Source: Planctomycetota bacterium (GTDB lineage: Bacteria > Planctomycetota > UBA1135 > UBA2386). Taken from it: a stretch of DNA of 64,000 nucleotides. The stretch is from the NCBI GenBank assembly GCA_965223545.1, contig OZ245006.1:2944001-3008000 (forward strand), written 5' to 3'. The translations under genes were made by a program, and so were the position numbers. The stretch's first letter is position 1, and every line of letters starts with the position of its first letter. The notes under the pieces were generated by a model that saw nothing but the letters and a program-made list of their open reading frames with translations, was not told the DNA's origin and made no database searches. Shown one piece after another: positions 37,651-47,482 of this stretch.

Positions 37651-39117
37651 TCAGGCTGATTCCGCGACGTCGCGGTAGCGCTCCGCGGCGGCCGCCCACT
37701 CCTGACGATCCCCGGGTTCGAACTCCGAAGGCGGCGCGCTGGCGGCGACGAACGCGCGCGCGTCCTCGAGACTGTCGAAGCACCCGTCGGCGATGGCCTG
37801 CACGAGAATGTTGCCGGTCGCCGTCGCCTCGATCGGACCAGCGCGCACCGGCAGACCGCAAGCGCTCGCGGTCGCACGGTTGAGAAACTCGTTCTGCGCC
37901 CCGCCCCCGATGACGTGCACGCCGCGCACCGGCGCGCCGGTCGCACGCTCGAGCGCGGCGACGCTGGAGGCGTAGCGCATGGCCAGCGACTCCAACACGA
38001 CGCGCGCCACGGCAGGCTGATCGTCGGCATCCGGCGCCGGCTGTCCGCTCTCGCGCAGCGCCGCGCAGACCTCGTCCGCCATGTCCGGCGGGTGGAAGAA
38101 GCGGGGATCGTCGGGGTTGATGAAGCCGCGGAATCGCGGCGCCCGGTCGACTGCGCTCAGCAAAGCGGCGTAGTCCATCGCGCTGCCGCTCCTCTGCCAT
38201 CGCCGCCGGCACGATTCCAAGATCCACATCCCCATGACGTTGCGCAGCAGCCGGTTCGTGCCCCAAGCACCGGCCTCGTTGGTGAGGTTGTCCGCCGCGA
38301 CTGCTTCGCTCACCACAGGCGCCGCGGTCTCGACGCCGACCAGCGACCAAGTCCCCGAGCTGATGTAGGCCCAACCCGGCGACAGCGGGGTGCCAGCCAC
38401 GGCACTGGCCGTGTCGTGCGCGGCCGGAGCCACGACAGCGACGGCAGCCAACCCCAGGCGCGCGCTCAGCGCTTCGCGCAGCACGCCGAGCCGAGTACCC
38501 GGCTCGATTACCGGCGGCATCAGGGCCCGCGGCAGCCCGAGTGCTGCGAACAGCGCATCCGCCCATCGATCGGTCCCGGCTTCGAGCAGCTGGGTGGTCG
38601 ACGCGATGGTCCGCTCCGCGCTCACCGAGCCACACAACCAGTGATGGACGAGGTCCGGCATCAGCAGCAGGCGGCGCGCACCGGCCGGAAGCCCGCCACT
38701 GCGCTGATGGGCGAACAGCTGAAACAGCGTGTTGAACTGCTGCACCTGCACCCCGGTCTTGGCGAACACCTCCGCCCGCGAGACCTCGGCGAAGACGCGC
38801 TCGACGGCGGCGGCGTTACGCGCGTCGCGATAGCAGACCGGATCCTCGAGCAACCGATTGCGCGCATCCAACAGACCGTAATCGACGCCCCAAGTGTCGG
38901 CGCCGATGCTGCGCACCCGGCGGCCCCCGTCGGGCAGCCGGGCCAAGCCGGTTTCCACGCCGGCAAACAACGCCGCCATGTCCCAGCGCAGATGTCCATC
39001 GCGCTGCCGCGGCTCGTTGGCGAAGCGGTGCAAGACCTCGAGCTGCAGCCGCTCCTCGAGCCGCGCCAAGATGACGCGCCCGCTGCCGGCCCCCAAATCG
39101 ATGGCGACGTATTGCAT
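37651..39117 (-). CDS. rhaB: Rhamnulokinase
   Basis: IDLGAGSGR, DTWGVDYGL, HDTASAV, SSGTWSL, GPIEAT..GN. Confidence 0.92.
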   Translation of the reverse strand: MQYVAIDLGAGSGRVILARLEERLQLEVLHRFANEPRQRDGHLRWDMAALFAGVETGLARLPDGGRRVRSIGADTWGVDYGLLDARNRLLEDPVCYRDARNAAAVERVFAEVSRAEVFAKTGVQVQQFNTLFQLFAHQRSGGLPAGARRLLLMPDLVHHWLCGSVSAERTIASTTQLLEAGTDRWADALFAALGLPRALMPPVIEPGTRLGVLREALSARLGLAAVAVVAPAAHDTASAVAGTPLSPGWAYISSGTWSLVGVETAAPVVSEAVAADNLTNEAGAWGTNRLLRNVMGMWILESCRRRWQRSGSAMDYAALLSAVDRAPRFRGFINPDDPRFFHPPDMADEVCAALRESGQPAPDADDQPAVARVVLESLAMRYASSVAALERATGAPVRGVHVIGGGAQNEFLNRATASACGLPVRAGPIEATATGNILVQAIADGCFDSLEDARAFVAASAPPSEFEPGDRQEWAAAAERYRDVAESA

Positions 39118-39352
39118 GGTGACGGGATCGTTCCACCGAAGCTACGGAATCGGAACCGATCGACGCAAACTGCGGCGCGCGGGCCCAGTGGTTTGAATCA
39201 GACAGAGGGGGCACTGTCCGAGAGGCAGCCGTGGTCGTCGCAAGGCGCTTCGCCGCAGGCATATCGGTGGATACGTCGAGGACGCCGCGACGGCCGCGGA
39301 TGGCTTCGGAGAATGCCGCAGATTTCTGCTTCACACCACTAGGATACGGCCG

Positions 39353-40894
39353 GTGCAAAACGAAGAACGGCTCGTCGACCGCGTTCTTCAGCTCGCGTCG
39401 CTGTGGGTGATCACCCTGCTGATGCTGCAGGGCTTCCGCCAGGTACTGGACCTGCACGTCGGCGACGAAGCGCACTTCTTGCAGTGTGCGAAGGACATGA
39501 TCGCCGGCGACCTCGCCGCCGGTCAGCTCGCATCGGGTGCGGTTCACATCGCCCTGTACGCGGTCCTGCTGGGCTTGGGCGCCGGGGGCGCCGAGGCGCA
39601 GGACGCGATGGTAGTGCTGGTCCACGGGCTGACCGCGACCGCGATCTGGTGGGCTTTGCGACCAATGCTGCGGCCGGCGACCGCCACGCTGGCCGCCGCC
39701 TGGTTCGCCGTCAGCTACCCTTGGCTGATCGCGCCGATCAAGCTCCACCTGCTCAGCGCGGCGCTCACCTTCGCGGCGGTCGGCACCGCGGCGCGCGGCC
39801 ACCGAATCGCGGCGCTGGCGATCCTGGCACTCGCCGCCTGCAACCGGCCGGAGCTGCTGTTCTGGTTGGCCGGCGCGGCGTTCTTGCTCGCGCTCCACGG
39901 CCACCGCGCAAAGGATGCCCGACTGCGACGGTGGAGCGTCGCGGTGTTCGCCGCCGCCTGCCTCGCCACGATCGGCTCGGCCAGCTGGGAACCCGCGCGC
40001 CAGCGCGCGTGGACGGTGTTCGGCATGCACTACGGGTTGGCGGATCCGCGGGCCATGGTCGCCGCCGCGGACGCTGGGGCGGCGCGCCGCCTCGCCGCCG
40101 CGTTTCCCGGTGCCGACAGCGTCGCCGAGGCCGCGATGGTCAACCCCGCTGCGATGGCGCGGCACGTCGGCAGCAACTTGCTGCAGGTCCCGCGCCACGT
40201 CATCGACGTGGTGGCGCACCCACTGGGTCACGCGCCGGTGGTTCATGGGATAGTCACGGCGTCGGCCGCCGCACTCGCCGTCATCGGCCTGCTGACGGTC
40301 GTTCTACGGCGAGGCGAGCGGCGGGAGTCACGAACCGAGGAGACGTTGCTCCCGATGGTCTTCATGACCACGGCCGCGCTCGCGCTGATTCCCCTGTTGG
40401 TGATCCGCCCGCGCGTCGAGTACTTGCTGGCGCTGACCCCGGGCGTGTTCTTCGGCCTGGGGACACTGGCGCGCCTCGGCTGGCGAACCATCGGTGCGAG
40501 CGCGAGCGGCCGGGACGCGACGGCCCGCGCGGCGATCCTCGCCACGGCGTTGGCCGCGGCCGTCGGCGGACCGTTCGTCACGCCGGCGACCGAGCGACCG
40601 CAGAGCCGGGCGCTGGTGAGCCTGCTGCGGCAGCATCCGCCGCCACCCGACGCCCTGCTGGCCGCGCCGGCGGCGGCCAGCCTGCGCGCGCTCGCCGACA
40701 CCGATGGGCCCGGGCTCGACACCGAGCTGTGGATGGCCGGATCACCGATCCCGCGCACCCCCGACTACGCGGTGCTCTCCAGCTGGGACTACGGCACGCC
40801 CCGCGCCGCCGCACTGCTGCGAGAGCTCGTCAGTGATCGCTGGCGAGTGGTCGCCGCCGAAACCGATTGTCTGCTGTTCGCGAGGCGCCGGTGA
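39353..40894 (+). CDS. Polytopic membrane protein, possibly a GT-C-fold glycosyltransferase
   Basis: Many TM segments; DE motif after the first TM (VGDEAHF); RPE motif. Confidence 0.5.
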   Translation: MQNEERLVDRVLQLASLWVITLLMLQGFRQVLDLHVGDEAHFLQCAKDMIAGDLAAGQLASGAVHIALYAVLLGLGAGGAEAQDAMVVLVHGLTATAIWWALRPMLRPATATLAAAWFAVSYPWLIAPIKLHLLSAALTFAAVGTAARGHRIAALAILALAACNRPELLFWLAGAAFLLALHGHRAKDARLRRWSVAVFAAACLATIGSASWEPARQRAWTVFGMHYGLADPRAMVAAADAGAARRLAAAFPGADSVAEAAMVNPAAMARHVGSNLLQVPRHVIDVVAHPLGHAPVVHGIVTASAAALAVIGLLTVVLRRGERRESRTEETLLPMVFMTTAALALIPLLVIRPRVEYLLALTPGVFFGLGTLARLGWRTIGASASGRDATARAAILATALAAAVGGPFVTPATERPQSRALVSLLRQHPPPPDALLAAPAAASLRALADTDGPGLDTELWMAGSPIPRTPDYAVLSSWDYGTPRAAALLRELVSDRWRVVAAETDCLLFARRR

Positions 40895-41292
40895 AGAGCA
40901 CGCTGGTTGCTTGGGCGGTGCTGGTCCTCGCGATGGCAACCGGCGTCTACCGCGCGCGGACCGCGGCACCCGGATCGACCGCCGCGATCCTGCGCGCGGG
41001 AAAGCTGCGCGACCCTGGCGCGGTCCCGGTTCTGCTCGAACGCCTCGCCGACCCGGCGGCCCGGCCGCACGCGCTCTGGGCGCTGGCGGAGATCGGCGAA
41101 AACGCGCGGGCCGCGATCGCCGGCATCTCCGCCTGGGCTCGTGCCTCCGACCCCATGACCCGCGTGCGGGTGGCAGTCGCGCTCTCCCGCATCGACGCCG
41201 GCGATCCGGTCGCCAAGGCCGCTCTCGCCCGGCTCGGCACCGATGCCAACCCGCTGGTGCGCGCCGTGGCCCGGGGCCTCGGCGGCGGCTGA
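40891..41292 (+). CDS. Small HEAT-repeat protein
   Basis: GTG overlaps the upstream stop; AVPVLLERLAD...ALWALAEIG...VRVAVALSRI. Confidence 0.65.
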   Translation: MKSTLVAWAVLVLAMATGVYRARTAAPGSTAAILRAGKLRDPGAVPVLLERLADPAARPHALWALAEIGENARAAIAGISAWARASDPMTRVRVAVALSRIDAGDPVAKAALARLGTDANPLVRAVARGLGGG

Positions 41293-41320
41293 GCTCGGCC
41301 GCGCCCGCCGCGCAGTCTTC

Positions 41321-42607
41321 TCACACGATGCCCGCGCCGCTGCCGGTCCGGGCCGGCCGCGCCGCCGCGACTCGCTGTCGGTAGTGGCTGGCGCGGTAGG
41401 TCCACACCGGGTCGATCGCGCCGCCGGCATCGAGGCGGGCCTTGGCCAACAACGCGTCGACGTCGGTGTGGAACGCGGCCTTCAGCGTCCGCATCGCCAT
41501 CACGGCGTCGTTGCTCTCCTGATAGAACGCCAGCGCGTCCCGATCCACGAGCAACGCCTTGACGAACGCCCGCTGCACCTCGATCGCGCTCACCATGAGC
41601 GACTCGATCGGATCGGTGACGTTGTGGGATTGGTCGAGCATGTAGGCCGGCGCGAAGTCCGACCCCAGCTCGGCGGCGGCATCGACGAGTTCGCAGAACA
41701 CCAAGAAGAGCTGGTAGGGCTGGATCGACCCCGCGTCCAGGTCGTCGTCGCCGTACTTGCTGTCGTTGAAGTGGAATCCACCCAGCTTGCCGAACTGGAC
41801 CAAGCGGGCGACGACCATCTCGATGTTGACCGTGGGCGCATGGTGGCCGAGGTCGACCAGGCACAGACAGCGGTCGCCCACCTGCGCGGCACACCAGGAG
41901 CTGGTGCCCCAATCGTGGTTGACCGTCGAGTAGAAGGCGGGCTCGAACAGCTTGTGCTCGAGGAACATGCGCCAGTCGGCGGGAAGACCGGCGTAGATCG
42001 TCCGCAGGCTCTCGATGTAGCGCTCGCACGCCCGCCGAAAGTGTTGCTGCCCGGGGAAGTTGCTGCCGTCGGCCAGCCACACGGTCAACGCGGTCGAGCC
42101 CAGCTCACGACCGATCGCCACGCACTCGAGGTTGTGCGCGATGGCCTGCTCGCGCACCGCGGCATCGGTGTGCGTCAAGCTGCCGAACTTGTAGCTCTCG
42201 GCTTGCCCCGGCTGGTCCTGAAAGGTGTTGGAGTTCACGGCGTCGAACCCCAGCCCGCGATCCCGCGCGTGCTCCCGCAGCGCGCTCAGGTCGCCGGTGA
42301 CGTCCCAGGGGATGTGCAGGGAAACGTCGGGGGTGATTCGCGTCAGCTGTTGGACGACGGCGCAGTCGTCGAGCTTCTCGAACACGTCGCGCGGTTCGCC
42401 CGGCTGTGGAAAGCGAGCGAACCGCGTGCCGCCGGTGCCCACGCCCCACGACGGCAGCGCCACGCCGAAGTCGGCCGCGCGCGCCAGCAGATCGTCGAAG
42501 CTCAGGTTGCGCCGCGCCAGCTGCATTCCCAAGTGCGCACAGTCCTGCTCGATCTGCGCCCGCAGCGCGCGGTTCTGCTCCGCTACCAGGTCGGCGTCGA
42601 TCATCAA
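41321..42607 (-). CDS. rhaI: L-rhamnose isomerase (RhaI-type)
   Basis: PSWGVGTGGTRF, LHIPWD, EHKLFEPAFY, DLGHH, GGFHFND. Confidence 0.9.
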   Translation of the reverse strand: MMIDADLVAEQNRALRAQIEQDCAHLGMQLARRNLSFDDLLARAADFGVALPSWGVGTGGTRFARFPQPGEPRDVFEKLDDCAVVQQLTRITPDVSLHIPWDVTGDLSALREHARDRGLGFDAVNSNTFQDQPGQAESYKFGSLTHTDAAVREQAIAHNLECVAIGRELGSTALTVWLADGSNFPGQQHFRRACERYIESLRTIYAGLPADWRMFLEHKLFEPAFYSTVNHDWGTSSWCAAQVGDRCLCLVDLGHHAPTVNIEMVVARLVQFGKLGGFHFNDSKYGDDDLDAGSIQPYQLFLVFCELVDAAAELGSDFAPAYMLDQSHNVTDPIESLMVSAIEVQRAFVKALLVDRDALAFYQESNDAVMAMRTLKAAFHTDVDALLAKARLDAGGAIDPVWTYRASHYRQRVAAARPARTGSGAGIV

Positions 42608-42635
42608 TGGATCTTATCGGCGCCCGCGCCGCCCT

Positions 42636-44696
42636 TCAGCGCGGGAAAGCGGCGGCGTTGCCGGCGTCGACGTTGAGAATATTGGCAGTCGACTTGGCCG
42701 AGGCGTCGCCGGCAAACCACAGCACGGCCTCGGCGATGTCGTCGGGCAGCACGTCGCGCTTCAGCAGACTGCGCGCGCGGTAGTGCTCCTCGAGCTGGTC
42801 CTCGCCGATCGAGTAGGCAGCGGCGCGCGCTGCCCGCCACTCGCCACTCCAGATCTTGGAGCCGCGCAGCACCGCGTCCGGATTGACCACGTTTGCCCGG
42901 ATCCCGTGCGCGGCGCCCTCCAGCGCGATGCAGCGGGCGAGGTGCAGCTCGGCGGCCTTGGCGGTGCAGTACGCCGCGGCGTTGGGCGATGCGGCCATCC
43001 CGTTCTTGCTGCCGACGAAGACGATCGACCCACCGAGCTCCTGCGCCAGCATCACCTTGTAGGCCTCGCGGGCCACCAGGAAGTAGCCGGTCGCGAGCAC
43101 GTCGATGTTCTTCTGCCACAGCGCGAGGCTGGTCTGCTGCAGCGGCGCGGACGAGGCCAGGCCGGCGCAGCACACCGCGACATCCAGACCGCCGAACTCG
43201 AGCACCGCCCGTTCCACCATGCCGGCGACAGCGCTCTCGTCGGTCACGTCGCCGGCCACCGCGCGCACTTGGTCAGCGCCGAACTCGGCCGCCAGCTCTG
43301 TCCGAGCCCGCTCCAGACCATCCGCGTCGACATCGGTCAGCACGACGCACGCCTTCTCCTCCACCAGCCTACGGGCCACTGCCGCGCCGATCCCCCCCGC
43401 ACCACCGGTGACCAACGCCACACGCCGCGACATCGACTTCTCGGCAGGCATGCGCCGGAGCTTGGCCTCCTCCAGCGCCCAATACTCGATGTCGAACGCC
43501 TCCTGCTGCTCCAGCCCGCGATACTCCGTCAGCAGCTCCGCACCGCGCATCACCTGGATCGCGTTGCCGTAGAACTCCGCGGCCTGCCGCGCCGTCGCCT
43601 TGTCCTTGGCAAGGCTGAACATGCCGACCCCCGGCACCAGCACCACGACCGGAAAGGGATCGCGCATCGGCGGCGAGCCCGGCTGCTTGCAGCGCTCGTA
43701 GTACGCGGTGTAACGCGCCGAGTACTCCCCGAGCTGTTCGTCCAGAGAAGCGCGGTCGGCGACGAACAGGGGCCAGATCTTGGTGCGCAGGAAGTGGTCC
43801 GGGCAGCTGGTACCGATGTCGGCCATGGCGCGCCCGCGTTCGGAGCCGACGAACTCGAGCACGGCGGGGTCGTCGGTGAAGTGCGCGATCTTGCGCTCAC
43901 GCACGCTGAGCTTGCCGCGCAGCGCCGGCAGCAGCTCCACCGCCTCGGCGCGCCGGCGGCTCGGCTCGCGTGCCGGCACGCGGACGGCGCCGAACACCGT
44001 CTTGTTGGTGGCGGCGCGGTCGGCCAAGAACTCGGCAGCCCGGTTGATGATCTGCAGGCTCGTCGCATAGCACTCGGCCGACGACTCGCCCCAGTTGATC
44101 ACGCCGTGGCCCGCCAGGATGATGCCCTCGACCTCCGGGCGCTGCGCGACCTGCTCCGCCAAGCGCAGGCCGAGCTCGAACCCCGGCCGCTTCCAGGGCA
44201 GCCAACCCAGCCGCCCGCCGAAGATCTCCTGCGTCAGCCGCTCGCTGTCCGCTGCCGCAGCGACGGCGATCACCGCGTCGGGATGCAGGTGGTCGACGTG
44301 GCGGTGCGGCAGGTAGGCGTGCAGCGGGGTGTCGATGCTCGCCGGACGGGGGTTGAGGTCGAACGTGCAGTGCGGCAAGTAGCCGACCATCTCATCCTCG
44401 TGCTCGACTCCACGATAGAGCCCCCGGAGAGCTTCCAGCTTGTCCTGGTACAGCGTGGCGAAGCCATCGAGCCCCATGCTGCCGAGGTCGCCGCCCGATC
44501 CCTTGACCCAAAGGACGTCGACCGGCTCACCGGTCAGCGGGTCTGCCGCCCGCACCTTCGCCGACGTGTTGCCGCCGCCGAAGTTGGTGATGCGCAGGTC
44601 GGATCCCAACAGGTTGGACCGGTAGCGCAGCAGCTCGGGCTCCGTCATCCCCACGCAATCGGCCTCGTTCCACTTGCTCGCGATCGAATCGTGCAT
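42636..44696 (-). CDS. Bifunctional rhamnulose-1-phosphate aldolase / lactaldehyde dehydrogenase (RhaEW)
   Basis: TNFGGGNTS, SIDTPLH, GTSCPDHFLRTK, EYWALEEAKL, SDR domain TGGAGGIG...AYCTAK. Confidence 0.93.
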   Translation of the reverse strand: MHDSIASKWNEADCVGMTEPELLRYRSNLLGSDLRITNFGGGNTSAKVRAADPLTGEPVDVLWVKGSGGDLGSMGLDGFATLYQDKLEALRGLYRGVEHEDEMVGYLPHCTFDLNPRPASIDTPLHAYLPHRHVDHLHPDAVIAVAAAADSERLTQEIFGGRLGWLPWKRPGFELGLRLAEQVAQRPEVEGIILAGHGVINWGESSAECYATSLQIINRAAEFLADRAATNKTVFGAVRVPAREPSRRRAEAVELLPALRGKLSVRERKIAHFTDDPAVLEFVGSERGRAMADIGTSCPDHFLRTKIWPLFVADRASLDEQLGEYSARYTAYYERCKQPGSPPMRDPFPVVVLVPGVGMFSLAKDKATARQAAEFYGNAIQVMRGAELLTEYRGLEQQEAFDIEYWALEEAKLRRMPAEKSMSRRVALVTGGAGGIGAAVARRLVEEKACVVLTDVDADGLERARTELAAEFGADQVRAVAGDVTDESAVAGMVERAVLEFGGLDVAVCCAGLASSAPLQQTSLALWQKNIDVLATGYFLVAREAYKVMLAQELGGSIVFVGSKNGMAASPNAAAYCTAKAAELHLARCIALEGAAHGIRANVVNPDAVLRGSKIWSGEWRAARAAAYSIGEDQLEEHYRARSLLKRDVLPDDIAEAVLWFAGDASAKSTANILNVDAGNAAAFPR

Positions 44697-44699
44697 CGT

Positions 44700-45233
44700 T
44701 CAGGCTCCCGCGTCGACGACGACGTGCAGGGCGCGGGGACCGTGCACGCCTATGACCAGCGTCAGCTCTATATCGGCAGTCCGCGAAGGTCCGGTGATGA
44801 AGGTCACCGCTCGCGGGGGCAGGCCGGTGTCGGGGTCCGCCAGGCCGGCAAAGGCATCGTCGAGGGTGTCGACGATGGCGGAGGCCGGCAGCACGGCGAC
44901 GTGCGCCTCCGGCAGCAGGGAGACGAGCCGGTGCCGCTCGTGGCTCGAGGCGAGAACCAGAGTCCCGGTCTCCGCGATCCCCAGCTGGGCAGTGCTGATG
45001 CCGGCGTCACATTCCAGCAGCGGCTCGGTTTCGGCAGTGACGCGCACCTCGACGGACGACCGCAAGGACTGCGCGAGCTCGGCGAGGTCGCGCGCGTCAC
45101 TGACGCCGACGCGCCGCGCGCCCAGATCCCGGAGCACCCCGGCGACCGTCTCGCGGATCTGGTCGGCACCCGATGTGACGTGCGCGATGCCGCCGGCGCG
45201 TTCCAGCTGCCGCACGAACTCCTCGACCCTCAC
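44700..45233 (-). CDS. lutC: Lactate utilisation protein C (LUD domain)
   Basis: GIAETGT, SLLPEAH, ITGPSRTADIE...GVHGP; GTG overlaps the lutB stop. Confidence 0.9.
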   Translation of the reverse strand: MRVEEFVRQLERAGGIAHVTSGADQIRETVAGVLRDLGARRVGVSDARDLAELAQSLRSSVEVRVTAETEPLLECDAGISTAQLGIAETGTLVLASSHERHRLVSLLPEAHVAVLPASAIVDTLDDAFAGLADPDTGLPPRAVTFITGPSRTADIELTLVIGVHGPRALHVVVDAGA

Positions 45234-46654
45234 GGCCCGCCCTCCCGCCGCCACCACCGGCGGAACGACTGGCCCGCCAACGGCCGCAGCTCGCGCCCCG
45301 CGGTCCACGCGCGCAGCGGCCCGACTCGCGGCGGCCGGCCGCAGACTCGCTGCATCAGCCGCGCCATTCCGGTGGCGACCGCGTAGCGCCGCCGCCCCGC
45401 CATGCACCACGCCCACAACCGAAAGCCGAGCCGTTCGCGCCGCCGCTTGCCGCGCGGGATCGAGGCGTCGGCCGACTCGCTGCCGGTGACCTCGCCGCGC
45501 AGATGCAGCAACAGCGCGGGGATGTCGATCTTGACCGGACACACCTCGCGGCAAGCGCCGCACAGGCTGGACGCGAACGGCAGCTGCGCGGTCTTCGCCA
45601 TGCCGGCGAGCTGCGGCGTGATCACCGCACCGATGGGGCCCGGGTAGACCGAACCATACGCGTGCCCACCGATCTGCTGGTAGACCGGACAGGCATTGAG
45701 GCAGGCGCCGCAGCGAATGCACGCCAGCGCCGAGCGCGTCAGCGGATGGTCGAGCATGCGGCGCCGCCCGTTGTCCAACACGACGATGTGCAGCTCGCCC
45801 GGCCCCTCCTCGCCCTGCCGCGCCGGCCCGGTCAACAGCGATTGGTAGCTGGTCAGGTGCTGGCCGGTCCCCGACCGCGGCAACAGCCGCAAGAACGTCG
45901 GCAGGTCCGCGAGCCGCGGCAGCAGCTTCTCGATGCCCATCACCGCGACGTGCACGCGTGGCAACGACGTCGTGAACCGCGCGTTGCCCTCGTTCTCCAG
46001 GACCAGGATGCTGCCGGTCTCGACGATCGCGAAGTTGACACCGCTGATGCCGAGATCGGCCTCCGCAAAGCGCTGGCGCAGGAAGTCGCGCGCCGCGGCG
46101 GTCAACCGGTCCGGCTCGTCGGTCCACGGGATCCCGGTCTTGTCGACGAGCAGCTTGGCGATCTCGTCCCGCGTCTTGTGGATCGCCGGCACGATGATGT
46201 GCGATGGAACCTCGTCGGCCAACTGGATGATCCATTCGCCCAGATCGGTCTCCAGCACCTCGCAACCACGCGCGGCCAACGCCTCGTTGAGCCGGATCTC
46301 CTCGGTGGTCATGCTCTTGCTCTTGACCACCCGGCGCGCCCCCGCGGAATCGGCAATCGCCGCGATGATGTCGTTGGCGGCGACCGCATCGGCCGCGTGA
46401 TGGACGCGTGCGCCGGCGGCCTCGGCACGGGCACAGAACCGCGCCAGCTGTGCCTCGAGATCACCCAGCACCTCGTCCTTAATCGCGCGCGCGCGCGTGC
46501 GCAGCGCTTCCCAGTCCGGGCGCTCGGCGATCGCCGCGGCACGCCGTTCCGCGAACAAGCCGGTCGCGCGGCGCAGCGCCCCGCGCAACCGCTCGTCGCG
46601 CAGCGCTTGGGCGGCGTTCTGGGCGAACCGCTCCGACGGGAGGTGACTGCTCAC
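45230..46654 (-). CDS. lutB: Lactate utilisation Fe-S protein B
   Basis: KSKSMTTEE, ETDLGE, PSHIIVPAIH, CIRCGACLNACPVY, SSLCGAC.EVCPVKI. Confidence 0.95.
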   Translation of the reverse strand: MSSHLPSERFAQNAAQALRDERLRGALRRATGLFAERRAAAIAERPDWEALRTRARAIKDEVLGDLEAQLARFCARAEAAGARVHHAADAVAANDIIAAIADSAGARRVVKSKSMTTEEIRLNEALAARGCEVLETDLGEWIIQLADEVPSHIIVPAIHKTRDEIAKLLVDKTGIPWTDEPDRLTAAARDFLRQRFAEADLGISGVNFAIVETGSILVLENEGNARFTTSLPRVHVAVMGIEKLLPRLADLPTFLRLLPRSGTGQHLTSYQSLLTGPARQGEEGPGELHIVVLDNGRRRMLDHPLTRSALACIRCGACLNACPVYQQIGGHAYGSVYPGPIGAVITPQLAGMAKTAQLPFASSLCGACREVCPVKIDIPALLLHLRGEVTGSESADASIPRGKRRRERLGFRLWAWCMAGRRRYAVATGMARLMQRVCGRPPRVGPLRAWTAGRELRPLAGQSFRRWWRREGGP

Positions 46655-47379
46655 GGCGCGGCCTCGGCCAACACCTCGGCCAGGTGCGCGACGCGCACGC
46701 CCGAACCGGTGCGCCGCAACCGGCCGTCGATCTGCATCAGGCAGCTGACGTCGCCGCTCACCACCGCATCCACCCCGGCCCGCTCGACCGCCTGCAGCTT
46801 TGCGTCCAGCATCGCCACGGACAGCTCCGGGTACTTGACCGAGAAGGTGCCACCAAAACCGCAGCAAGACGCCGCCGACTCGACCTCGACCAGCTCGGCG
46901 CCGGCCACAGCCGCCAAGAGCCGGCGCGGTTGGTCCCTGATGCAGAGGTCTCGATGGCCATGGCACGCATCGTGCCACGTCAGTCGGCCGGCGTAGCGCG
47001 CGCCGACGTCCTCGATTCCGCAGACATCCACCAAGAACTGACTCAGCTCGTAGGTCTTGTCGGCGAGGGCGCGCGCCCGCGCCGCCCAGTCGGGCTCATC
47101 GGCGAACAGCGATGCCATGTGGTGCGCCATTGCGGCACACGAGCCCGAGGGCAGAACGATCGCCTCGCACTGCCGGGCTTCGTACGCGGTGATCCAGCGC
47201 CGCGCCAGCTCGGCGGCGTGGGCGCGATAGCCACTGTTGAACGCCGGCTGCCCGCAGCAGGTCTGCGATTCGTCGAAGTCCACGGTGCACCCGAGGCGGC
47301 GCAGCACGGCGACCGCGCCGATGCCGACCGCCGGCCAACACTGATCGACCAAGCAGGTCACGAACAACGACACGCGCAC
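46651..47379 (-). CDS. lutA: Lactate utilisation protein A (CCG domains)
   Basis: FVTCLVD, QTCCGQPAFNSG, SGSC, CCGFGGTFSVK, SCLMQI. Confidence 0.95.
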   Translation of the reverse strand: MRVSLFVTCLVDQCWPAVGIGAVAVLRRLGCTVDFDESQTCCGQPAFNSGYRAHAAELARRWITAYEARQCEAIVLPSGSCAAMAHHMASLFADEPDWAARARALADKTYELSQFLVDVCGIEDVGARYAGRLTWHDACHGHRDLCIRDQPRRLLAAVAGAELVEVESAASCCGFGGTFSVKYPELSVAMLDAKLQAVERAGVDAVVSGDVSCLMQIDGRLRRTGSGVRVAHLAEVLAEAAP

Positions 47380-47482
47380 GACGACGGGCAAGTAGAGGGC
47401 GGCGCCACCGTCGATTCCAGCGGCCGCCGCCGATCGAAAAAGTGCGCCTCCCGGCGCGCGCGGCGCGGCGCCGCCGGGTGAA

